A stretch of DNA of 63,932 bases, filler included, from Aduncisulcus paluster (taxonomy: Eukaryota), in NCBI GenBank assembly GCA_024181965.1. It is 5 parts of 5 records of this genome, joined end to end, with 100 filler letters (N's around TTAATTAATTAA, not from the genome) between each part and the next. Parts side by side here need not be neighbours in the genome. Positions count along the whole stretch, not along the records: positions 1 to 12,172 come from BQXS01010913.1; positions 12,273 to 21,026 come from BQXS01010914.1; positions 21,127 to 33,139 come from BQXS01010915.1; 2 more parts are not named here. The stretch is one strand, 5' to 3'. The translations under genes were made by a program, and so were the position numbers. Under the pieces are notes generated by a model. The model was given only the letters and a program-made list of their open reading frames with translations, did no database searches and had not been told where the DNA came from. This document shows, in pieces, positions 10,610 to 21,179 of the stretch (positions are counted from its first letter, which is position 1; each line of letters starts with the position of its first letter).

Positions 10610-12172
10610 TTATGGTTTTTCTCTCCAAAGTAATCCGCTGGCGTTGATTCTGAGTTCTGAAAAACTCATTTCGAGAAGACGGAGACGATAATGTTGTTCC
10701 GCCTTTCTTGACAGAATTTCTTGACGTTTCCTCTCAAGCTCATCCATCTCCCGACCTCTCCACCATCTGAATGTCTTGATCAACAGCCTTTTCTCTCTTG
10801 ATCTCTTGTGAAGAACAATAAATCCTTCACATAACTCATTCAAACGTACTTGTTTCCGCAAGAATATCGCTGTCGAACAATGAATCCGAAGAGCATGAAA
10901 CACTGCTCGTTTCTGGAATAATTGGTGATGAGTGGTGGCAATAATGTCGTAATAATGTTGTTTTCTGGACTCCTGAAATGCTTGTTTCCATGATTCAAAG
11001 GCTTTTCTCAAACTCTTTTTGACAACGACTTTACGAACTAATTGGTTTACAACGTTGGTCTTCCATTTAGAAAGGTAATTCCTCTTCCGTAGATCAAAAA
11101 TTTGTTCAGCAACAAAGGCCAATCTTTCATTTCTTGAAGCAATAAAACGTTCTTCGATAATAATTCGAGCTGAATCCCTCCAAAGTAAGAAAATTCTTGA
11201 CAAATTCCTAGTATTTCTAACAATTTGCATGACATTCACTGATTCTCTCTCTTTTCTTTGCAGCGCAGCATGTCCACGAAGCGCTAAGAATGCTCTCCTT
11301 CTTATCCCATCACATACGTGGATTGAAGCAACAATTGTCATCTGTCTTTCAACATCCAATTGGTGGGCATCGTACTTCCAACAACTAAGGGCTCGTTGAA
11401 GAATTGAACGCCTATCAAATTGGACAGCTTTTGCAATCTCCATGCGAATTCGACAATTGGAATCAGTATGACATCTCCACAAGGCGAATATCCGACCCAA
11501 GGAGTAAATTTGGTGACGATCATGGATAATCTTGTAGATCTCTACAAGTTTGTTCTCTTTAAGTTCCATTTCCCTTTTGATCTCTTCTTTTCTAAGTTCT
11601 TCAGCAATCCTTTTCGATTCGATTTCTTTTATCTCAGCTTCTCGCTGCTCCGATAAATCAATCTTATCTTGCCAATCGTCCAATTGTCTGGTAATGTAAT
11701 GTCTTTTTTCTTCCCATTCTTTCTGTTCGCTTTCAAATTTCTCACGTTCTTTCTCAAATACTTTACGTTGGTCCTCAAACTTCTGACGATCTTCTTCAAA
11801 TTGCTTGCGCTCGTCTTCAAATAGTTTGCGTGCTTCTTGACGTAGCTGTTGCTCTTCATCATGGTTTTCCTCTTCAATATGATACTGCTGGCGTTTCTCC
11901 TGGTGCTCTTGAACCTCTTCCTCAAACTTCTGGCGCTCTTCGTCACGATGACGTTCAATTCGTTGATGTTCATCATCCCATGTCTTCTTGTACTCTTCGT
12001 GTTGAATGCGCAGAGTCTCATGGACTTTCACCTCTTCTTCCCACTTCTTGTGAACCTCGTCACGATGATGCTTCTCGGATTCGTGTGTAGCAATCTCCTC
12101 GTCCCACCGTTGGCGTTCTTCAGTATGATGTTGCCTATCGGAGTTGAATTTCCTCACATCTTCCTCCCATGC
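10610..12172 (-). CDS. Sfi1-like repeat / coiled-coil protein (putative centrin-binding basal-body protein); N-terminus cut by contig edge
   Basis: E/H/R-rich coiled coil followed by Trp-containing repeats (GRIFALWR, QRALSCWK, SRIFLLWR, RKAFESWK, IKTFRWWR). Confidence 0.65.
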   Translation of the reverse strand, partial: AWEEDVRKFNSDRQHHTEERQRWDEEIATHESEKHHRDEVHKKWEEEVKVHETLRIQHEEYKKTWDDEHQRIERHRDEERQKFEEEVQEHQEKRQQYHIEEENHDEEQQLRQEARKLFEDERKQFEEDRQKFEDQRKVFEKEREKFESEQKEWEEKRHYITRQLDDWQDKIDLSEQREAEIKEIESKRIAEELRKEEIKREMELKENKLVEIYKIIHDRHQIYSLGRIFALWRCHTDSNCRIRMEIAKAVQFDRRSILQRALSCWKYDAHQLDVERQMTIVASIHVCDGIRRRAFLALRGHAALQRKERESVNVMQIVRNTRNLSRIFLLWRDSARIIIEERFIASRNERLAFVAEQIFDLRKRNYLSKWKTNVVNQLVRKVVVKKSLRKAFESWKQAFQESRKQHYYDIIATTHHQLFQKRAVFHALRIHCSTAIFLRKQVRLNELCEGFIVLHKRSREKRLLIKTFRWWRGREMDELERKRQEILSRKAEQHYRLRLLEMSFSELRINASGLLWREKP

Positions 12173-12272
12173 NNNNNNNNNNNNNNNNNNNNNNNNNNNN
12201 NNNNNNNNNNNNNNNNTTAATTAATTAANNNNNNNNNNNNNNNNNNNNNNNNNNNNNNNNNNNNNNNNNNNN
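12173..12272. other. Artificial contig-joining spacer
   Basis: 44 N + TTAATTAATTAA (stops in all six frames) + 44 N. Confidence 0.97.
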
Positions 12273-14289
12273 TATCCTTTTTCTTTGATGATCGTTTCTT
12301 CCCTTTCTTTTTGCTATCCTTCTTCTTCTTCTCCTTTTTAGCCTCCTGCGCGATCAATTCTCTCATTCTGACCTTCATACCGACGCCAGCTCCCTCCATA
12401 TGAGAGAAAGATTGCATCACACTCAACAAAGCCCCACTGGTGTCAGCACAACACAGCTCCTCCTCACTACTGGAGTTATCACTCACATCGTCGTCGTCGT
12501 CAACATCGTCTGACCCTTCAAGTCCAGATAGTCGCTCAGAGTCCCTCAGCATGGCCGAGGAGGCCGAAGCATCCGATAACACCATTCCAACACCAGTCAT
12601 CGTCAGCTCAGAGATGTCTCCAGTGTCCGACAGAGAGGGCACCATCATTGAACCCTCGGTATACCCAGAAGTAGGCGAGGAAGGAGTACGGGTGTGTCGT
12701 GTAGGTTTGGACCCTTTCGAAGCTCTGGACCCAGAAAAGGATGACGATGGCTTATCATAGGGAACAGGAGAGACGGGGAGGTGTGAGTCAGACGTAGAAT
12801 GTGGGAGACGAGAGATGGAGGAAGAAGGACTCAGGATAACGGGACTACTTCCCATTCGACTCGATGCCGAGGCTTTTTCTCCTTCTTCTTCCTTGCGTTG
12901 AGCTTTTTCTGCAAGCAGCTGAGCCTGTTGTTGTGCGAGTTTCTCAGACCTTTCTTGTGCAATTCTTTCATATTCTTTCACTTCAATAACAACTTGTTCA
13001 AATTCAGCTCTAAAAATAGGATCAGAGAAACTAAAAAAGGATATTGTTTTGCAAATATCTCTTCCGATGTCTTTTAAAGCTTGCGGTGTGAAGTGCATTC
13101 CTTTCCCACCCCCTCTTGTTTGTCCGCAAAAAGAGGCTTCTATCGTGTAAGAAAACATCACTCCAAGCTCTTTGAAGGCAACAACACGCCCGGTACCTTC
13201 CTTTCCCTTCTTAATGACAAATTTACATTTCTTACAGTTGAAAGCTATATTCCTTGATTCAATGAGGCGGGGAAAGACCCATTCCTTCAGAGAATGAGGT
13301 GGTGCCAATGAACAACCATACGAGAAGACATCCATAGCCTTGGAATGACCATGGAGATCAATATAGCACCACAATTTGCGTCCTTCTTTTGCCAGGTTGG
13401 TCATGAGTTGTTTCAAATGGTAGATCGTTGGATGTTTGTCCGAATCACATTTAGAACTCCAATTCCTATTCAAATCATACCCACAAAGATTACATCTATA
13501 ATTTCCGGCAATCACACCATCGGGATTAAGCATTGGTATAATTTTAAAAAGGAACATTTTCCGAGCCTTTTTAGCCTCAGGAGAGTCCGATAATAGCTCT
13601 TCAATCAGACCATGCATCATCCAGGAGGAATTAGTCTCGCCGGGATGGATACGAGCAGATATAAACACACACGGTCTTTGGCTAAGAGATAGAGAGGACG
13701 ATGAAAAGTCAGTAATTGTTAACAAGTCACACACATTGCCACCAACAGTCTTGCAAAGTGGACGTTTTCGAATTTTAAGATGAGATTGAGGAGAAGAAAC
13801 TATTTTTTGGAGAAATTCTTGTAAATCGGAATATGAATAAGGAAAACAATGAGCAAAGAACACAGTATCATCGTCATATTCCCCTTTATAATTGAATGAT
13901 AAAGTTGAAAGGTGTTTAGATGAAGAAGACCCTTTGGAGCCTGTTAATGGATTAGTACCCCGTTTAACTTCGTTTTGATAATATAAAACATTTGTTCCGC
14001 ACCTATGCCATCCAATTCCAGTATTTTTATGGGCTTTTCTGGAGAAAGTCAACGGTTTCATACCTTTGTTATACAAAGAATCCTTTTTAGTTAAATTTAC
14101 AATACTGAAGTTATATATCTGATCTTTTTTAATATTATTCACTCTAAAATAGTACCATTGGGTATGTCCTTGGGTGTTAGTATCATTATTTAACCATAAT
14201 TGATAATTAAATTCTGAAGCCTTGATTACATGCATTAAATTCCCACATTCAAAGGATGCAGAAAAACAAATTGTCTTATCTTCATCCAT
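12273..14289 (-). CDS. Cytosolic carboxypeptidase (M14D, CCP/AGBL/Nna1 family; tubulin deglutamylase); C-terminus cut by contig edge
   Basis: FECGNL, HTQWYYF, FAHCFPYSY, ARIHPGE, PMLNPDGV, GNYRC, DLNRNW, DLHGHS, YTIEASFCG. Confidence 0.95.
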
Positions 14290-14612
14290 CAATATTGTGT
14301 AACCTCAACAAGAAAGAGATTTTTCGCTATCCAGTGGTTATAAGCTAGTTGCGGAAGTAAAATCGTGATAAACAATTTAGAGGAGATACTCACAACCAAA
14401 ATATTTATTTATTAGGAGTTATATGATCGCTGAGCCGGATATCTAGACAACAAAAATAAAATAAATCTTTATCCGCCAGTTTGAAAGAAATGATTCAAAT
14501 AAAATCAATATTATTCATACAATCTGGGCGATAAAAATAAAAAATTAAAGCACTTTGATTAAATATCATGTATTTCTGCCCGAGAAATCAAAGTCAGGGT
14601 TTTGAAGCGGAA

Positions 14613-15921
14613 ATGTCATCTGAGATATTAACTGAGAAGATTCTCCGCGATGCAAGTCCAGCAGTAACATTTTCCCCGACCAAAGAAAAGACAGTATGTC
14701 TCGATGCCAATTGTTTCTCCAATCACTTATATTTCATTGATATCACCTTTATTTTTATCCTTTTTTTATTAGAATTATACTCATTGCGATTTTCATCCCA
14801 TTGGAAATTGTTTATTATCAATATGTACAGGAGCTTTAAACTTTTTTGATATTACCACTGGAACACCACTTTCTTCATTGCCAACCTGTGCAGTTGATAC
14901 AGGAATAACTTGTGCCACATGGGCAAGTGGACGTGATAGTCCCATTGCCACGAATATTGTTGTAAATAATTCATCCAATAACATTGATTTATATGATATG
15001 AGAACTGGGAAAGTGTCTCTGAGATTCTCCGATTGCCATTCAAAAGCCATCAGAAAAATTAATAGAGGTGGTCCATTTTCCCACCATTGGTATACTTTCT
15101 CTTCTGATGGAGCTGATGGACAAGTATGCATTTGGGATGTTCGTGCCAAAGGCGGTAGAATCGGCCGAATTAAGGTAAAATCTTCAGATTCCGGTGCAAC
15201 CAGCACTGATAGTTACGTATTTTCCTCTGGATTTAATTGTGATAACACTATCATGTCAGTTGGAATGGGACACAGTGTTAAGTATTATATTAGTGATGTG
15301 AGATACCACGAAGAGGTTTCCCTCGGCGCCAGAACCATTGGACCTCTCTACCATTATGATGGACAGTTCAAAATGGCCTTTAATCTCTTCAAAGAATGTG
15401 ATTATACATCCTCTCTCTCTCGTAATATTCTCTCCATGACTCTCTCCCCTACGGAAGACAATTTCCTATCCGTATGTCAGATAGATACCCGTGATGTTGT
15501 TGTCTTCGACTCAGGCACAGGGTTCGATGGGATCGGTAAACACGAGATGGCTTACAAATGCTGTGTTAATGACCATGATCTATACCGGATTTATGATAAA
15601 AAAGGATCCGTGTCATCCGATTCTTCATTGATGGAATGTACTATAGATGTGGCAAGGGGATATTTCATGAAGAAGCCTGATATCAAAGTCAAGCCCCAGA
15701 CATTTAACACATGTTTCTCGCCGAATGAGAAGTTTGTCTTCTGCTCTAGTCGCACTGATGGAGTCATATGTTTTGAATTGGGTAAAAACAGGAAGCCAAA
15801 GGCATTCAGACTTGGTCAATACCACCCTGTGAAAGGATGTGGCTATGTCCAATGCCACCCTTCTCACAATATTATTGCAGCCGCAGGAGCTGAATTATCA
15901 ATATTTACACCAGGTATATAG
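14613..15921 (+). CDS. WD40-repeat protein (exon1 14613..14693, exon2 14773..15921)
   Basis: WD-like ends FFDITTG, LYDMRTG, VCIWDVR; intron removal extends the ORF to an ATG. Confidence 0.8.
14694..14772 (+). other. Spliceosomal intron, 79 nt
   Basis: GTATGT donor, T-rich tract, TTATTAG acceptor, phase 0. Confidence 0.8.
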
Positions 15922-16105
15922 TGATATATTGGCAAATCATCCCCAGAGGTTATATTATTCATAGCATTTTTTTAAACGAAATAAATTTATAAAAATAAAC
16001 ATATTTTACTGCCTAATATAACCGTTTTTGAGTTCTCTTTACCATTGATTTGCCAGAGAAAAAAGAATCAACGATTTCTCGCTAATTCAAATTTTAATAT
16101 TGATC

Positions 16106-16675
16106 ATGTCACTTGAAATACTTGGTAAAACATTTTGTGATATCTCAAATGAGATTGAAAAAGAATTGAGTGTAACAGGAACAGAGAGAACCAAACAAAA
16201 ATTACGGAACCCAATTAACTTTGAGACTACAATAGATAAATCCGATATTCCATCTGAATTTGAAGTCAGAGCACTTATTAATGCAGAATTAGATGAATTA
16301 ATGGTTTCTTTATTAAAAGCTCAAAAATCCGCTGAACTTCTTCTCCGTCGCCGTGAAAAAGTTATTAAAGCAAAACCTTCTGATATCATTGGTTCTTCTA
16401 GTCAGTTATCCGATTCTTTATTCCATTTCCCATGGGATGATTATAAAGATGTTTCTCTTGTTGTCAAAGATTCTTCTCTTTTCTCATCCTCAAAAAAAAG
16501 GCAATTGAAGACTCTTGTTACCGAAAAACTCTCGAAAAGTGGGAGATCTGGAAAAGAATTGACATCTCTTGGAGAAGTTGAAATGTATAATCCGACAATT
16601 CAGAGTGAAGAGGAAGAAGAATCTCAAAAGGAAGACGAAGAGAACACTCCATCTGATTTGGATGATATGTTTTAA
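16106..16675 (+). CDS. Hypothetical protein with acidic C-terminus
   Basis: Single ORF of about 190 aa between AT-rich spacers. Confidence 0.65.
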   Translation: MSLEILGKTFCDISNEIEKELSVTGTERTKQKLRNPINFETTIDKSDIPSEFEVRALINAELDELMVSLLKAQKSAELLLRRREKVIKAKPSDIIGSSSQLSDSLFHFPWDDYKDVSLVVKDSSLFSSSKKRQLKTLVTEKLSKSGRSGKELTSLGEVEMYNPTIQSEEEEESQKEDEENTPSDLDDMF

Positions 16676-16930
16676 ATGCAACACCCTATGGGGGAATATT
16701 TATATTAAAAATTGGAAATTATTGTTAAGTTCAAAATATTAGTAGTTATCCCAGTCAAAACCAATACAAGAATAACAATTTTTTTCAAAATTATCAGTTC
16801 AATGTTAATTATTACAAAACATTGATAATATAGATCCTTACAACGTCGTTGTAATTCAACGAAAACAATCAAACAGATCATCCATTAGCAAAATGTTATT
16901 TGAACAAACAAGTGAGTCACTTCCAAAAAA

Positions 16931-17105
16931 AGCGAAGTTTATTTCGTAAAACACGCGGTGAAGCGGAGATGGCTATTCGAGCACGGGTTGACACACTACG
17001 CTTTACGTATGTTCGTCATGGGTGACGATATTATATCGTTGATATATGCTGAGACCAATGCATCATCGTCACTTGAATAGTTGTTCAAGTAAGCACCGTG
17101 CTTGA
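16931..17105 (+). ncRNA. Candidate structured non-coding RNA of unknown family
   Basis: Relatively GC-rich island in an AT-rich spacer with several long complementary segments. G-U pairs favour the + strand. I could not match any known family by eye. Confidence 0.4.
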
Positions 17106-17438
17106 CATATAATTCTAGCGATTGGAATTACTTAACTCGTTAATTTACGAATAGGAAATATCAAAGGAGTAAGTATAATCCAGTAATAAATTTTATTTTT
17201 TTATTTTCTATTTTCATGAATTACCGAAAGAAAAAAATGTACGATTCTCAAGGATAATTTAGTGAGATAATATGGTTTTAAAATTTGATTTTAATTCGCA
17301 AAATCTGATATAACGATTTAACTTGCATTGATTTAAAAATTATTCAGATATTTTCTCAGAATGAATGGAATTGATGAAATCGAATCGGAAAATCAATCGC
17401 ACTTCCATCTCCTCAAACCTCCAGATTTGCCAACGAAA

Positions 17439-19598
17439 ATGAGCAAAGAGACACACGCTTTCAACGCTGAGATCACTGACCTTCTCGGTCTTATAATTAA
17501 TACTTTTTATTCTCACAGAGAAGTGTTTTTGCGTGAGATTATCTCCAACGCTAGTGATGCTTTGGACAAGAGGAAATTTGAAGATATGTCTTCCGGTGAA
17601 TCCACTACTGGTGACATGAAGATCCAGATCATCCCTTGCCGTGATGCCAACCAGCTTATCATCAGAGATACTGGTATTGGTATGACTAAGGCTGACCTTA
17701 TCTCCTTCCTTGGTACCATTGCCCGTTCTGGTACCCGTGCTTTCATGGAGGCTGTTTCTGCTGGAGCCACTGACATGTCTCTTATCGGTCAATTTGGTGT
17801 TGGTTTCTTCTCTGCTTACCTCGCCGCTGACAAGGTTAAAGTTGTCTCCAAACACGATAAAGATGAGGCCCACGCCTGGGAATCTGAAGCCGGAGGTGAA
17901 TTCACCGTTCGTCCCGCTACTCCTGAGGAGGATGGTGACAACATCCTTGAGCGCGGTACTTCTATTGTTCTTTCCCTTAAGGACGATATGGAAGAATACC
18001 TTAGCGAAGACCGTATCAAAGAATTGGTTAAGAAACACTCCCAATTCGTTTCCTACCCCATTGAGCTCTTAATCGAGAAGGAGATCGATGTTGAGGAGAA
18101 GGTTGAGGAAGAGGAAGAGAAGAAAGAAGATGAAGAAAAGAAAGAAGGAGAGGAAGAGGAAGAGGAGAAGAAGGATGACATTGAAGTTGAGGAAGGTTCC
18201 GAAGAGGAAGAAGAGAAAAAACCCAAGACCAAGACTGTTAAGAAGAAGGTTGAGGAGTTCGAGCGTTTGAACACTCAAGCTGCTATCTGGACCCGTCGTC
18301 CTGAAGAGGTTACTGAGGAAGAATACAAGGAATTCTTCAAGACCCTCGGAAGTGAGTGGGATGAGCCCCTTGCCTGGAAGCATTTCCACTTTGAAGGTTC
18401 TCTCGAGTTCTCTGCCATTCTCTACATCCCTAAACGTGCTCCCTTCGATTTATTCGATAGCAAGAAGAAGAGGAACAACATCAAGCTTTACGTCCGTCGT
18501 GTTTTCATCATGGATGACTGTGAGGAGCTCTGTCCCGATTGGCTTTCCTTCGTTCGTGGTATCGTCGACTCTGAGGATCTCCCATTGAACATTTCTCGTG
18601 AAACTCTCCAGAAGAATGCCTCCATGAACACCATCCGTAAGAACCTCATCAAGAAGGTTATCGAGCTCTTCAAAGAAGTTGCTGAGGATGATGACAAGTT
18701 CAAGACTTTCTACGAGCAATTCGGAAAGAACGTTAAGCTTGGTATCCACGAGGATGGTGACAGCCGTAAGAAGCTCTCATCTCTTCTCCGTTTCAAATCA
18801 ACTGAGTCTCCTGACGACCTTACTTCCCTCGATGACTACGTCACTCGTATGAAGGACAAGCAGGAGAAGATTTACTTCATTGCTGGTGAATCCATTGAGT
18901 CCATTGCTCACTCTCCTTTCGTCGAGCGTCTTCAAACCAAGGGTCTTGAGGTTCTTTTCTGCACCGAGGCCATTGATGAATACTGTATTCAGTCTCTCAA
19001 GGACTTTGAGGGTAAAGAATTCCAAAACATTACCAAGGAAGGACTTGTCCTCCCTGAGGAAGAAGACGAGAAGACCAAGCGTGAAGAACTTGCCAAGAAG
19101 GCTGAGAGCCTTTGTGAATACATGAAGGGTGTTTTGGGCTCCAAGGTTGAGGGTGTTAAATGCTCTGACCGTCTTGTTGACTCCCCTGTTGTCATTGTTA
19201 CCGCTGAGTACGGATGGAGTGCTAACTTGACCCGTATCATGAGGAACCAGGCTCTTTCTGACAAGTCTATGTTCGACATTATGGCTGCCAAGAAGAAGAT
19301 GGAGATCAACCCTGCTCACCCCATCATCCGTAAGCTCGTTGAGAAGGTCGAGAAAAAGGAAGATGAGGATGTCACCAAGGATATTGTTATCATGCTCTAC
19401 CAGACTGCTCTTTTCACCTCTGGATTCTCCCTCGAGGACCCTGCCACTTTCGCTTCTTCCATTTACAACATGGTTGCCAGTGGTATCGATGCTGAAGAGC
19501 TCGTTGAAGAGGAAGAGAAGGAGGTTAAAGAAGATGAAGAGGAAGAGAAACCCGTTGAGGAGGAAGAGGAAGATGATGACCTTGAAGGTGTCGACTAA
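17439..19598 (+). CDS. HSP90: Cytosolic heat shock protein 90
   Basis: [77 protein letters not shown]; ends LEGVD; strong codon bias. ATG 17439 is preferred over 17361. Confidence 0.98.
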   Translation: MSKETHAFNAEITDLLGLIINTFYSHREVFLREIISNASDALDKRKFEDMSSGESTTGDMKIQIIPCRDANQLIIRDTGIGMTKADLISFLGTIARSGTRAFMEAVSAGATDMSLIGQFGVGFFSAYLAADKVKVVSKHDKDEAHAWESEAGGEFTVRPATPEEDGDNILERGTSIVLSLKDDMEEYLSEDRIKELVKKHSQFVSYPIELLIEKEIDVEEKVEEEEEKKEDEEKKEGEEEEEEKKDDIEVEEGSEEEEEKKPKTKTVKKKVEEFERLNTQAAIWTRRPEEVTEEEYKEFFKTLGSEWDEPLAWKHFHFEGSLEFSAILYIPKRAPFDLFDSKKKRNNIKLYVRRVFIMDDCEELCPDWLSFVRGIVDSEDLPLNISRETLQKNASMNTIRKNLIKKVIELFKEVAEDDDKFKTFYEQFGKNVKLGIHEDGDSRKKLSSLLRFKSTESPDDLTSLDDYVTRMKDKQEKIYFIAGESIESIAHSPFVERLQTKGLEVLFCTEAIDEYCIQSLKDFEGKEFQNITKEGLVLPEEEDEKTKREELAKKAESLCEYMKGVLGSKVEGVKCSDRLVDSPVVIVTAEYGWSANLTRIMRNQALSDKSMFDIMAAKKKMEINPAHPIIRKLVEKVEKKEDEDVTKDIVIMLYQTALFTSGFSLEDPATFASSIYNMVASGIDAEELVEEEEKEVKEDEEEEKPVEEEEEDDDLEGVD

Positions 19599-19771
19599 TC
19601 CTTGTTATCATAATTCATAATAAATACATTGTTATATATCATATCTTTCCTATTATTTGAAATCATTGATTCGACCTAAATATTTGCATAAAAATACATC
19701 TAAAAACGATTATTAAGATTATAGACAACATTTTAGGTACAATATGTCATAAATGTGAGTATTACTCCTCG

Positions 19772-21026
19772 ATGTCTCGCAAAAAAAAATATTCAAGCTT
19801 TTGGTGCCTTTCAATGAGTTCTATATTTATAAAGAGGTTGAATGGATACAAGAAGTCCTTTTTGAATGTTGATCCTGATCTTTCATTAACAATAACTCAA
19901 GTATGTGTCCTCTTTTCTACTTTTTGCTTTATACCATTTTTGATCTTTTTTTATGCTGATTTTTAAATTGATATGTGATCCCAATAGATTACTTTGGTGA
20001 ATGTTGAAGGTTTAAAACCCGAATACTACCCATTAGAGTTGGAATTGTGTTATACGCAATCCCAAGAAGATGAAGGCGAATCACCTTTGAAAGACCCCAA
20101 AGAAGCCCCAAAATTTGGTTCTAAGAAGACTAATACCAAAATATGCATGTTACATCCAACTATTCATCCTTCTGCATGTGTGAATATTAATATTCCCGAA
20201 GATGCAGCTGCTTTTCTGTTATCTCCATCAGAAGCTATTTTTGACATTGTTGGTCGGTATTCTCCCTCCAAAAAATATATTGCCAGACAAGAACGTGCCC
20301 TTATTATTGAGTCAAACCGTTCCGAGGGTGCCAGGATTGAAAAGGATATTAAAATGCTAGAAAAAGCGCTTCATAAGAAACGAAAGGAGCTAACTGAGAT
20401 CAAAGAAGTCCAATCTCAACTTGAACTTGATATGTCTATGGATGTGCTCCTTGATTCTCTCATGACCTCCTCGAAACAGAAAATGGTCATGAAAGAAATG
20501 GGCGAAGAAGAGCAAGGCCAAAAAATGGAGGAAAAGGAAGATGAAGAAGAGGAGAGAGAAGAGGAGAGAGAAGAGATAGAAGAAGAAGAAGAAGAAGAAG
20601 AGGAGGAAGAGGAAGAAGAGGAGGAAGAAGAGGAGGAAGAGGAAGAAGAGGAGGAAGAGGAAGAGGAAGAGGAAAAAGAAGCTAAAGAGGAACAAAAAGA
20701 AGAAGAAGAGGAGGAAGAAGAGGAGGAAGAAGAGGAGGAAGATGAGGATCATATCGAACGTAAAACGAGAGAAAAAGCTCGTCTCCAACGTAGGCAAATT
20801 GAGAAGCAACGGAAAGTTGTTCGTCGTGTTGAGCAAGAAAAGCAGAAGCGAAAGATAGGGGCTGGAAGGGATGTTAATGCCATCGCTGTCTCAGAAGGCG
20901 CCCTAGTTCTTGGCGACGAATGGAGGAGAGCTGGAGAGAATGTATTTGTTCGCTATTGCCACAACATAAATGAAGACAAAAAGCCAAGAAAGAAGGCAAA
21001 GAAAATTGAAGATGGAGATGTTGTGA
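19772..21026 (+). CDS. Nucleoplasmin-like domain + long acidic tract protein (NPL-FKBP / Fpr3-Fpr4 type histone chaperone candidate); exon1 19772..19900, exon2 19988..>21026; cut by contig edge
   Basis: SFWCL..., LTITQITL, ICMLHP...CVNINI, DIVGRY fit the NPL fold; long poly-Glu; GENVFVRY resembles the start of an FKBP domain. Confidence 0.65.
19901..19987 (+). other. Spliceosomal intron, 87 nt
   Basis: GTATGT..CAATAG, phase 0, joins ORFs 19772 and 19994. Confidence 0.85.
20540..20745 (+). repeat. GAA/GAG coding microsatellite (poly-Glu)
   Basis: Near-pure purine triplet run. Confidence 0.9.
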
Positions 21027-21126
21027 NNNNNNNNNNNNNNNNNNNNNNNNNNNNNNNNNNNNNNNNNNNNTTAATTAATTAANNNNNNNNNNNNNNNNNN
21101 NNNNNNNNNNNNNNNNNNNNNNNNNN
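21027..21126. other. Artificial contig-joining spacer
   Basis: N44-TTAATTAATTAA-N44. Confidence 0.97.
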
Positions 21127-21179
21127 ATTCCGTATAATAATAACGATATAACATTGAATTGATTCCTCTACATTCCTAA

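Noticed and set aside
12173..12272. TTAATTAATTAA palindrome within N runs (also at 21027, 33140, 57581) as a biological repeat
   Set aside because: Identical 100-bp construct with six-frame stops: an artificial contig joiner
17020..17075. TPP riboswitch (GGGTG...GCTGAGA) or U5-like loop (GCTTTAC)
   Set aside because: The TPP 3' half (CCTGAT...GCG.AGGGA) is absent; the loop is shorter than U5's GCCUUUUAC and there is no convincing Sm site
17340..19319. Long antisense and alternate-frame ORFs over HSP90, VPS35, importin-5 and the synthetase
   Set aside because: Expected shadows of strong codon bias; no independent protein signature
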